NCBI GenBank assembly: GCA_013239625.1
Contig: MU053652.1
Location: 3,461,902-3,525,901 of the forward strand
Source: Lama guanicoe
Taxonomy: Eukaryota
DNA: 64,000 bases
Reading direction: 5' to 3'
In this document: piece by piece, positions 15,456 through 28,230 of the stretch
Numbering within the stretch: the stretch's first letter is position 1
Layout: every line of letters starts with the position of its first letter
Made by a program: the position numbers and the translations under genes
The notes under the pieces: generated by a model
The model's database searches: none
Seen by the model: the letters and a program-made list of their open reading frames with translations, nothing else
What the model was told of the DNA's origin: nothing

Positions 15456-17143
15456 AAAGTTGTACAAAGTATAAAAAATAGATTAAATACTAACTTAAAA
15501 TCATCTATTTTCAACTTACTTGCTAAAAATAAAACTGTTAAGATTTTGTGAAATATAATTCACCTAAAATACATATGTGTTATAACTTATTTAGTGTTAA
15601 GTAATTAGGTTCCAAAATATATAAAGAATATTTTAGTCAACCAGCTCTTTCTAGAGAATAAATTTCTGTTTGAAATATTGCACATTAAATTTCCACTTTG
15701 GGTATCTTTTAATCAGTCTTTATTTTCTGGACTAAGAATAGAATTGTACATTGCTAAAGTATGTTTATTAAGTATCCAGATGTTTTATATGCAGTGTACA
15801 CAACACTACAGATGCTAGTGCTCCAGTTTATGGATCAGGCTACTAAGACTTAGACAGGTTAAGTAACTTACCCAGTGACAAAGAGCAGTGATTTGAGGCC
15901 AGAGCTCTCTGACTGCAAAGTCAGAATGGTTACTCCAGGGCTTGGTAATGTTATTTGAACCTATGCTTATCCATTTTGAGCTTTCTTTATAAGTCATAAA
16001 AATATGTATCTTTCGCAACATTTTAGCAGTGTGATGTGCTTTTAAAAAAGAACAACACTTTTATCACTACAAAAGCAATATGTATGGGTTCATTGTGAAA
16101 AATTTAGAAAGTACAGAAATACACAGAGGACATTACCCATGATTTCTGCTTCCAGAAATAACCACAATCAGTCAATTTTAAGTCACAATCAATTATTCTT
16201 TTTTGGAGAAAAATACTATGATACTAGCTATATATATCAATTGTAAGTTATACCATTATTTAAGGATATTAATGTGAAAATGTATATTTAGGAATTGAGG
16301 AAATAGGGTACATGGTACATGTATATGTATATATTTTTAATTAAACTGTGATCATACTACTTTGTTACATGCTTTTTCCCTCCATTTTTTCTATTTTGTT
16401 AAATATTCTTCAGTACTATTTTTATGGTTAGACTTTCTTTTTTATATATGTAATATATTTAACTGACCAATTTTATTATCTAAGATTTAGAAACTTTAAC
16501 CTTTAGTGTTATTAATAGTGCTGTGAGTAAACGTCTTTTTACCTAAAACTTTGTGTGCATTTATGATTATTTCTTTAGGATAATTTCTTAGAAGTGAAGT
16601 TGTTAGTTTAATAGGCATAAATATATTAAGGTTTTTAATGTACATAATCCTTCAAAAAGCTTATACCAGTTTATATTCTAGCAATCATGTCACATGTAAG
16701 AAAGCCTTTTTCCCAACATTGGGTATTACTAATAAGGTTGGACATTCTGAAAATTTCTGTTGGCTTATTAATTTCTTTGGATAATTGTCTTTCATGATAC
16801 GATGAAAGAAATCAGTATTGTATAAAGTTTTCACTTGTCACTGGCATAATGGACAACTTTGAATTCAACCTGAGTTTGAGAGCTATCATGTATCTTTTTA
16901 TGTATAACCCACAAAAATCTATTAATTGTTTAGAGATCTGCCAAAATGGACTTGACTGTTTTGGGAGTGTGTATGTGTATATGTGTGTGTGTGTATGTGT
17001 AAATCTGGCCAGTTTGCCAAAAATGATAAATTGTAGATAGAGTAGGTAATGCAGATTGTTAAGATAAGCTGTCATTGCTTTTGTTTATTCCTTCAACATC
17101 TGTTGAGGGAAGAACATTTGAAGTTTTTCAGAGATTCACATGA

Positions 17144-17314
<171 letters not shown>

Positions 17315-18907
17315 TGATTTGAAGAGGGGAAAAAAATGAGAACTTTTTCACTACTCTGAGATTTTATAAATAAAGATAACAAGGAAGAAATTCTTTGAAT
17401 AAAGTGTAAGTTTCACTAAGTATGATCTTATACTTTATAAATATATATTTAATTTTGGCTTCATTAGGCTTATACTTGAACAACTTTTGGGTTTTACATT
17501 TTATGTGCTTAAGAATTGTCAAAATAATGTAGTTACCCTTGAATACATTAATTATTCTATATAGAAAAACCTAAATATGAGCTAAATGGGCTCACATGAA
17601 TATTCCACTCATTTTCTATCTTAAACTACCAAAAATAGGTATCACAGTGACATTCTTCATAATTTCAGCATGCCAATCCTTATTTCTTTCAGTTTTTATA
17701 ATTCTTGTTTAATATGTTATTTCTTTATATTTCTGTTATATTCTGATTATTTGGGAGGGAATACGATCTTCTGAGAAGACTGACTTGGGAATCAGGAGAT
17801 TTAGCCTCCCTGATACTCCCACATACTCTTTATGCCTTCCTACTTTTATTTGAATAAACTCTGTAAAATGTTCTCATCACTGAAACAAGTTTTAGAAATG
17901 GTATTTCACTCTTTAGATTTATCATAAATCTTACTTTGAAGATTACTCTTTACTCTTAATTTGAAGATTCTCTACTCTTCTAGGTTTGGGCTGTGGTTCA
18001 GGAGTAAGCATTTATCATTACATTTTAAAGGACTTTTTATATAAGGAGAATTCAAACATACTTAAAACTAGACACAACAGTATGCACAAACCTCTTGTAC
18101 GTAACACCCAGTCTCATAAAATGTATTGTTACTGTTCTTCGTGTTGTTTGTTTAAATTGGGATTAAAATGTTATCACATGTTGTGATTGGTTAATATATT
18201 TAAGTTTCTTTTAAGCTGTAGGTTTCCCATCCATCCTTTTTTTTTTTTTCTTTGCAACTTATTTGTTGAAAAAACTGGTTTGTCCTGTAGAGTTTCCCAT
18301 GGTGTGGATTTTGCTGAATGCATCCCCATGGTGTATTTTTAAATGATCCTCTATCCTGTGTATTTCCTGTAAATTCAGGTTGCAGTTTTTGGCAAGACTG
18401 CCTCATAGACAGCAAAATATTTATATATCCAGAAAAAGTATATGTTTGTGCACGTATATACAAAGTATATATGCATATAAAGTTTTATATATCAAATTGT
18501 ACAAGTTTTAAAAATACAACGAACACTATATGGCCTTCTAGATTGAACACTTAGCAACATTTTGCCATATTTGATTCTCTTTCTCCTCATATGTACACAT
18601 ACCTTTTTTTTGCTCTATCATTGCACACATCATTGCTTTTCAGCACGCGAGTTCCTAAAGTAACACTTCCCTACATAACCGTAACACAATTATGAGACCT
18701 TCTGAATTAATAATATTTCTATATAGTATCATCTGATACATAGTTTATATTCAAATTTCCCTATTTTCCAAAGAATGTTATACACCCTTCTTATTCCTAA
18801 CCAACATAGAGTTGACATTCACACATTATATTGTGTTGTTTTATCCTTTTTTCGGTCTCTTTGTCTAGAACAGTTCTGCCACCTTTTTTCCCCCACATGA
18901 CATTGGC

Positions 18908-18968
18908 TTTTTTTTTTTTTTAACATTTTTTTATTGAGTTATAGTCATTTTACAATGTTGTGTCAAAT
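18908..18968 (-). mobile_element. young, extremely 5'-truncated L1 (about 46 nt plus poly(A))
   Basis: poly-T then aacatttttttattgagttatagtcattttacaatgttgtgtcaaat; TSD tgacattggc at 18898-18907 and 18969-18978. Confidence 0.85.
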
Positions 18969-19059
18969 TGACATTGGCTTTTTTAAGAATCCAAAATAGT
19001 AATCTTGTCTCACATTTTGGATTTATCTGATTCTTTTTTCATGGTGCTATTTAAATTAG

Positions 19060-19332
<273 letters not shown>

Positions 19333-19404
19333 TAACATTTTTGGTATTAGGTTTATGTGTTTTTATTTTCCCATTACAAACAGAAGTATCAAAAACAATT
19401 TAGA

Positions 19405-19688
19405 GGAACTATATTCAGTACCTTGTAATAGCCTATTATGAAAAAGAATATGAAAAGAAATATATATATAAGTGAATCACCATGCTGTACACCAGAAACT
19501 AACACATCATTGTAAACCGAGTATACTTTAGTAAAGTTTTTTCAAAAAGAAAATAAATAAATAAAATAGATAAACAACAACGACCTAATGTATAGCACAG
19601 GGAACTATATTCAGTGTCTTATAACAATCTGTAATGGAAAAGAATCTGAAAAAGAATAAATAAATAAATATATATAAAACTGAAAAAG
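19405..19688 (+). mobile_element. two tandem L1 3'UTR segments within one TSD pair
   Basis: ggaactatattcagt occurs twice; TSD aaacaatttaga at 19393-19404 and 19689-19700. Confidence 0.75.
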
Positions 19689-20337
19689 AAACAATTTAGA
19701 AACCAGTGTAGATATTAAAAAATTGAAATTGTGCCATCTTCTTAACCCAACCACTGTTAATATTTTGGTGTATTTTTTTCCCCTTTACTTAGATTGTGCT
19801 ATTTTTTAATATTTTTGTCATAGCTATAATCATCTCATATAAAAAATTTTGTATCCTGCTTTTTTTCACTTTCCGGTGTTTAAGTATTTTCATTATTACA
19901 CACTGTCATTTAACTTTTCTCCTATATTGAACTTAAAAGTTTAGGACATATGTAGTAGAGGCAGAAATTTCTGTTTTTCTTTTTCTTTTTCTTTTTTTTT
20001 TTTCTTTTTTTTTAGGAATTTCTGTTTTTCTACCTTTAATAATATTGCAAGGAATAACATAAGGCATGCTTCTTTCTTCTTTGGGATTATGGCTTTAGAA
20101 AGATTGCTAGAATTAGATTTATGAGATCAAAGACTATAAAGATTTTGAGCATTTAAGAGTTTTTCAAAGTTATGTTTTTTTTTATGACTTATGTGTGAAA
20201 ATGAAGTTTTAAATTCTGATACTCAAGTTGAGAATTGAATGTATGTGTATTTTGTCTTGATTTTGCTGTTAATTAACTATGGGTGTGAATGATCCACTTA
20301 ACAGAAAACTAGGAATATCTCTTTTTTCATTTTATAA

Positions 20338-20625
<288 letters not shown>

Positions 20626-20690
20626 TGAAAGAATGAGTTGAGCTTTTCACATGAAATACATATAGTGATTTTGTTTTGTTTCTAATGTAG

Positions 20691-20846
<156 letters not shown>

Positions 20847-21158
20847 TGACTTGCTTTGATAATATTTTTTAAATTAGAGACTCTTATTTGTGGAATAGGT
20901 AAACTTTTTAAATTAGGGAAAATGTGTTACTTTTATATCTAATTTAGAAAAGCATGAAAAAAAGGAAGAAAAATCACTCATTATTCCATTATTTAGAGGA
21001 AGCTATTGTTAACATTTTGGTGTATTGGTTTTTGGTAAATTTCTTTTTGGTCTTTCTCTGTACTTTTTTATGGGGTGAAATCATATTATTCGTGTAGTTT
21101 CATATCCTTTTAAAAATTAACTGTGTAACAATTTTCCATGCTTTTAAAAGTCTTCATA

Positions 21159-21215
21159 ATCACCTCTTGGCCTTTTGGCTAAGATCAAGTGTAGTATCTG
21201 TTCCTATCAGTTTAA
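21159..21215 (+). pseudogene. 3'-truncated U2 snRNA retropseudogene (U2 nt 1-57)
   Basis: ATCACCTCTTGGCCTTTTGGCTAAGATCAAGTGTAGTATCTGTTCCTATCAGTTTAA, 4 mismatches to recalled U2; flanked by direct repeat aagtcttcata. Confidence 0.92.
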
Positions 21216-22059
21216 GTCTTCATAAAAATACTTTTTAATGGGTATTTTTAAAACTTCATCATAAGATTGTAACATAATTTATTCAACCACTTCCATATAT
21301 TTGGGCATTTTGAATGTTTCTTATCCTTCATTATCATAAGTACTGCTAAATTTTTATATTTATGCATATAGCTGTCTGCATTTTGGGTGATTTCTTTAGT
21401 CTGAAGTCCAAAAGTAGAAGTTTAGATTACGGAATATTTTCAAGGTTAATAAAATACATTATCAAATTACTTTATAAAAAAGATTATTGTACCAGTTTAC
21501 ACTTGTCCAGGTATTTTACTCTTGATTAAAAATATCCATTCTGTTGATGACCTTTGTAGTTATTTTTGTTGCCAGCATCTTTACTAAGAAATTATACATT
21601 TACTATATTTATATATTATGTTTTCCACTCCATCAGATACCCAGGAAAGACTTTTTTTAACTTTAATATTTCAACTTTGTAAATGTGATTATTTGGGGCC
21701 ATTTAAGCTTCAATCATTCAATTGAAAATCTGTATTAGGAGCTATTTCAGACCAAATATTACATATAATAGTTTGATTTTAGTGCCAGCAAAATGCTGCC
21801 TTGTAGTCCCTTGTAGATAAAATTAATTTACATTTAACATGTTACTTACATAATGTATTTTGAAGTGTGATTAAAGGTTTTTTAATTCCAGCACTTTCGT
21901 TTATGCTGTTAATTTTTGCGATAGAGCATTTTTTGTGTGTAGAACATAGGGGCACCAACTTCAGAATAGCTCCCTTCCAGGCCTTCATAAATGCTGCTCC
22001 CAGTGTGTGGGAACTTCCCAATGTGTTTATTTCTACTCATCTTTCAGATCTCAAAGATC

Positions 22060-22300
22060 TTTCTCTCATGGAGACACTGCCTGCCTCACCAGTCAGGGTT
22101 TAATGCCTGTTTTCCCACGGCCCTCTATACCTTCTCCTCTCTCGTAACATTCATCACACTTTATTTTTAATTCTGAGTTTACTTTCTGCCTTTCCTACTA
22201 GACTTTGAGCTCCTCGATTGTATGGATCCTCTCTGTCTTACTCACCACAATATTCCTACTTCCTAGCTCAAAAGTAGAAACTTTGTTTAATGAATGGATG
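22060..22300 (+). mobile_element. L2 3' end
   Basis: ctactagactttgagctcc...tttgtttaatgaatggatgaa tail. Confidence 0.6.
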
Positions 22301-22391
22301 AAAGTCTGAGTATGTGGAATTCTGACTTAGTAGAGTGTAAATTGATAGGCTCCACATTTACCTGTCAGGCCGAGTCTTTGGTTTGGTTTAA

Positions 22392-22496
<105 letters not shown>

Positions 22497-25400
22497 TAGG
22501 TATTTATGCTTTAAAAATACAAGTACTTAATTTATTTACTGTTTTTCTTCCTATGTTAAGATTCTGCAGAGTGCAGCATCACATACTGAAAAGAACTGTG
22601 GATTGAACAATAAGAGATACGGCTTGTAGTAGTAGCTCAGCTCTGCCATCTTGAGCAACTCCATTGGTTCCTAGAGACATCCATTTCCCTATTGATAAAA
22701 AGGCAGTTGGACCACATCATTGGCTTTACAGTTGTGTCCCCCAGAGGAACGACTGATACATCAACCTCTTGCCACTTTAAAATTTAAAAAAAAAAAAAAA
22801 AAAAGCAGCCAGAGTACTATTTTTATTCAAGCCATTCCATGTCAGCCACAGAGCCTTCTGCAAAATGTTTACACTTCTAGAGAGACTGAGTCAGCACCCA
22901 GTCCATAATATTGTTCACTGGAGTGGGGAAATGGTCAGTTGAAGTTGTTTACTTTTATTCTAAATACTTAGTAATGAAGCTCACATACTGTTAAAATAAT
23001 TTCAAAACTGCTGTCTTTGTCATTTTGGTGATTTGAAATTTTAGTGCTTCAAATAATATTGAAAGTAAGTGGATCCCAGCTAATGCTGGGGAAGCTGGTA
23101 ATACAAGGTCTGGGAGTCTGAAATCTGGGTTCTGGGTCCAGCTCTGCCCGCACTAAGTAACCTAAAGCTAAAATAACATAAAGGGAAGGACTGAGTAGGA
23201 AACATCAGGAGTCCGTTCCTGAAAGGATTTTAAAAGACATAAACAAATTTATTAACATTTATCAGCTTTTTTGATCATATTTTTTTAATGTAAGAAAGAT
23301 TAAGTAGGAAACTCACTTTTGTCAGGTATCTAAGCTATGGTGCCTCTTTCTTTATTATTATTATAAAAATGATGCATGCTTAATATAGAAATGTTTAAAC
23401 AATATTTAAATTTAAACAATACAGCAGTGTATAAACTAGAAATTGAAAGTTCCCCCTGATCAGCTCTCTCAATCCCACTCCCTCGAGGTGCCCAATGTGT
23501 TAACAGTTTCTGGTTTGTTTCCAGACTACTTTCTGAGAAAAGTTGATTTTGTTGCTATTTTTCATTTTGTTTAAAAATATGTTGTGCTCAAACATTTTTC
23601 TCTGTGACCTGCTTTTTAATCTTATGGCATATCTTGGATATTCTACTGTGTCAATAAATACAGATTTTTTCCCTCTGAATTTTCTAGCAGTATTTAGTTA
23701 TAAATATGCATATATTAGAAAGGTAGAATATGCTATAAATATATTGTTTTGTAATTCTTAAGTGTTTCTGGAAGGCTGTTTTGAAGTGAAGAATGAATTT
23801 AGAAATGTATTAAATAAATAATGAATTTTGGGGTTTAATTGAAAATTTATCTTTTCCTCTAAAAATCCAAATTGATATTTGATGCATAAGTGATTTGTCA
23901 TGATAGCATGAAGCTTGTGTTGAGTGCCATACATAGTTTGTTATATGCATAAAAACGTAAAATCTTTAAAAGTACTTAGTGGGGCAATAATTATTCAGAG
24001 GCCAAAAAATTGATATAATTTTAAAGTGCTTTTCTTCTCTGATAGATCAACTTACATGTGGAAAGTGAGATACTTTAGACTAAAACTAATACACGTTTTA
24101 TTTATTTGGGATTTTTTTTTTAATCAAGGGAAAAAACTTTGAAATTATCTTTTAAAATTTGATTGATTAATCTTTTTAATACATTTTTGAATAATCAAAT
24201 AGTTAGAAACTACTCTTCTATTATCTTAAAGGAAATAAACAAGTGGCTCAAATATAGTCCATTTGGAATCATGTCTGTAAAGCAGCAGATTGATCCAAAT
24301 ACATTATCAATTCAGTGCCACATATTTGTGTGTTACTGGAAAGAGATAAATGTTTTACTTCCAAAAGGGAAAAAAATTTAGACAGAATTGACTACATAGT
24401 AATTTAAGTGTCCTGTTCAGCAAAAGACACCATAAAGTTTAAAGCTAAATGACAAGCTGACACAAAGCATTATAGTTGCAACACATAGAGCAAACCCAAG
24501 TTAATACCCATCATATATAAAGAGTATATATAAGTTAATTAGAAAATTAAAATATAGAAAATAATCAGACATGAAAGACTTTTCATAGAAAAATGTTGTG
24601 CAGATGGTTAATAAACATGAAAGGATGTTTATTTAGCTTCATACACAAGCAAGCCAAAATTAAAACATTTTTTTTCTATCAGATTGAGATTTATCATTTG
24701 CAGTGTTGGTGAGGATGTGAAGAAATGGGGAAACACAGTTGATGAAATGACCTTTTTTGAAGGGCATTTTTGGTAACTTTTTAAAAAATGTTATCAAAAT
24801 TAATGCATACTCTTAATTTTAAAAGCCACATTGTGCTAGAAGTTCATGACAGAAATAAGCAGTTCCCAGTATTCCCAAAGCCCGCTTCCCAGAAGCAGCC
24901 ATTTGAAATTCTTGTAGCTTTTTCTTCTGATGTTATACTCCTGCAGTTCCAGGTAATGGAAGTATGCAGCTCTCCATTGATTCCTCAGACTTGGACATTG
25001 TAGGTTGATTTATTTTGTTAGATGAGTAATTTATCTTTATGGCCCTCTTCTCCTCCCTTCATACTTTGAATACAGTTATATTCTTCCCTGAAATAGAAGT
25101 AGATTTTTCTTTTTGTCATATGCAGTGTGGTTTAGTGTAAGCTGTATTAATACTCATATGCAGATTTTTTAAAGCATTTCTATTCATTAGAAAACTCCTA
25201 ATTCAAGTATGTAAGATTGTCTAAGAGGCCTGGCATCTCTGTAGCCTCCATTTTTAAAATTTATCAATACTTTTACTTTAATCTTACTTCCTAAAATTTT
25301 TCTGCTGACTGTCTATAGTAATAGTTCTTGGGGTCCACTGAAAAAATTAATTTTCAACACTCCATAAATCCATTTATTCTAAATTTGGATTTTAAGCACA

Positions 25401-25592
25401 GTTAAGAAAGTAATTACTGTTACTAGAATTCACCTGATAAACCATGTGTTACATAACTTATTGCAGAAAAGTGTTAAATATCATATTAAACATGTATTCC
25501 TTGTAAAGACTCTTGTTTTAGTTATTTGGGAAAAAAGACCTTAAATGCTTGGCAACCAATTCCACTAAAACTTTTCTTTTTTCTCTTTGTAG

Positions 25593-25647
25593 GAGAGTTA
25601 ATCTTGGTCTATCCGGTGTGAACATTTTATGGATTTTTGGCGAGTAG
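25593..25647 (+). CDS. TMEM209: TMEM209 last coding exon: (G)RVNLGLSGVNILWIFGE-stop
   Basis: long pyrimidine tract then ttgtag|; TAG at 25645-25647; matches the recalled TMEM209 C-terminus. Confidence 0.96.
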
Positions 25648-27005
25648 TGGGTTATTTAATTCCAAACATTTGGACTTTATTTGACTGAATCAGAAGTTAA
25701 ATCTAAGCATCTTTGAGTCACTGCCTCTTCTGAAATAAGATACATATGTGTATGTTACAGGCTCTAGATTTAATGAAAAGTTAGCTATTATGAAACTTCT
25801 TTGTGAAAGTGTGTCCTATGTCTTCTACACCAAGAAGCAGTACCTTCAGTTTTTTATCATTTCAGATTTTTCAGTTGCCTACAAAACTACAACCCTTCAG
25901 ATTTTTGTTGACCCACAACAGTGCAGTTCCCCCTTAATCACATGAGTCCTTCTTTATTATAACCCCCAAATAAGAATCATCCACCTGATTCTTCCCACAA
26001 AAATTGTTTTTTAATTGAGTTATTTAGTAAAGATACTTAAAAAGAAACAAGCAAATTGCTAATTTATTTTGTATTTCCCCAGTGTTCGGCAGATCAGCCC
26101 AAGACCCATACTTAAAGAAATGAGATAAACTTCTAAATAATATATTAGTTTGTGTGTGTATTTAAAATATTATTGAAAGAGGTTTGACAGTATTAGCATT
26201 TAAAAAGTCATCTCTTGGATTAAATTTAGCTGACAGAATGAAACTATTTGGGTCTTATTTAAGAGGCTGAAGTCATCAAGAAAACTATTGCTTTGGCCTT
26301 AATAACTCAATTTCACTGTTCCTTAATACTGTATTAAGAGTTCCTTTCTTTAAGATCATATGATATCTTATCTGGTAATTTTTTTAGATATATTCAAAAT
26401 ATCTGAAAAGTAAGAAATTACCAAGTTTCTAAGTTTTGCTTGCCTCTCCATCTTTTTTTTTGTACATGTGTATGTAGTATCTCTGAGGCTAGCTAGCAAT
26501 TGCATGTATTTTCTGGGTTGACATTAGAGACTGCTTCCATTACCTGGAAGCAGCTAAAACCAGTATCTTCTGAATAACTGCATGTCAGTATTACATATGC
26601 AGCTCATTTTGTATAATTTGTAAATCCTGTTCCTGTTTTTTAAAAATCTGATGTCCAAAGGAAAGAAAGTTTCTGTCTTTCAATTGTTTTTGATATATGT
26701 TAAATTTGTTTGTTATGATATTTTAGAAGAAGTAATAAACATGTTAAATATAAGAACATATTAAAATCTAAGCCTACCATTTCAGAAGTTTGTAAGTATC
26801 AAAAAAATGCAATATATAGTAAACATTTCATGTAAAAAGATAAGGGATACACACTAAAAAAGAAAAGGTATTTTGTTCGCATGCTAAAGCTGGTGTGGGT
26901 TACTATACTCTGGTTAGCTTTTGTGTATTAACTTGTCTTCACAAATGTTTGAGGCAGCATATACTTTAATGTAGCTTTTATTAAAAATATTTTGATGAAT
27001 TAGTT
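25648..27005 (+). other. TMEM209: TMEM209 3'UTR (end approximate)
   Basis: AT-rich sequence without obvious repeats after the stop; AATAAA at 26734-26739 and ATTAAA at 26980-26985. Confidence 0.6.
26734..26739 (+). terminator. candidate poly(A) signal AATAAA of TMEM209 (alternative ATTAAA at 26980-26985)
   Basis: canonical hexamer preceded by several TGTA motifs. Confidence 0.5.
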
Positions 27006-27446
27006 TGAATTCATACTTCAGGAAGACAGTGCACTGCAGATATGGTAAATTTTTTGGTCCTTGTGTTAAAATGAGTAAATACCTACTTTTCTCTAATTAA
27101 ATGGCATTTATAGTATATTTCTCACAAATTTTTCTTTGCTTTACTTGACTCATCCTTGTTGGACCAAACCCACTAATCTTCTAGATTATGTTCATTGCAT
27201 CACTTATTCTTTTTTTCTCTATGAATATCAGCCTTTACTTCTGTTTTATGGTCATATTTAGGTGTTTATCATTTAGTGCCTACTGAGACAAAAATGCTGT
27301 GTTGCTCGGCTTTCTCAGACTCATATACACTTTAAACTGATACTTTAATGGTGAAGACATGCTGCATGTAGGTAGCACTTCTAAACTCAGCTTTGTAGTA
27401 TAAATCCTTTACATGCTGGCATTCCTCAAAAGTCAGGCTTTGGTCC

Positions 27447-27584
27447 CTTTTTTTAACATTTTTTTATTGATTTATAATCATTTTACAATGTTGTGTCAAA
27501 TTCCAGTGTAGAGCACAATTTTTCAGTTATACATGAACATGTATATATTCATTGTTACATTTTTTTTCTCTGTGAGCTACCATA
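27447..27584 (-). mobile_element. young 5'-truncated L1 3' end inserted in an L2
   Basis: same 3' terminus as 18908-18968; perfect TSD caggctttggtcc at 27434-27446 and 27585-27597. Confidence 0.85.
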
Positions 27585-27597
27585 CAGGCTTTGGTCC

Positions 27598-28230
27598 TCT
27601 GTCTCACTGTATATGCTTTTCCTAAGAGATCTCATCCATTCCATGGGTTCATTTATCACCTCTCTGCATTTGATTCCCAAGTTCATCACCAACCATACCG
27701 TCTCTCCTGAGCCCCAGTGTTAAATTTCCTGTGACCTGTCAGACATTCCCATTTGGATATCCTGCACACTCTCCATGTCTGGAACTGAATTCACATCTGC
27801 TGAAACAGCTTCCTCTTCTAATATCCCTTTTTCTGTTCATTGTACTACCAGTCACCCACACTCAAAACTCTGCTGTCATCTTGATTCCTTGAGCTCCCCG
27901 GGTCCCCAGTCCAATCAGGCAGCAATCTCATCCATTCTTTCTTAACAATGTCTCTTGCAGCTGTCCCTTTCCATTCCTGCTGCCACTGTCCTCATTTACA
28001 CCCTTATCAACTCACACAGGACTACTACAACAGCCTAATTAATCTCACAGCTTCCTAATTGTTGCCATGCTTCTAGATTTTCCAATTCATCCTGCCCACT
28101 CTCTTCGAATTCATCTTTCTAAAACACCTGTTTGATCATTTCATTCTCCTGATAAATTCCTTGGCCTGACATTTAAAGCCCTCCACAATCTGGCCCCAAG
28201 CTAGCCTTATCCACCTGGATCCTTGGCTTT
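27598..28230 (+). mobile_element. L2 body fragment
   Basis: CT-rich L2 text (tctctcctgagccccag...gacattcccatttggatatcc...aaagccctccacaatctggcccc). Confidence 0.65.

Noticed and set aside
16059..16074. ttttatcactacaaaa, identical to 3731-3746, as a possible local source of the orphan insertion
   Set aside because: The match is AT-rich, partly made of the A tail, does not extend to the cccata part, and sits in an old L1-like fragment. Chance is the simpler explanation.
22786..22804. A19 run as another retro-insertion
   Set aside because: No flanking direct repeat found.
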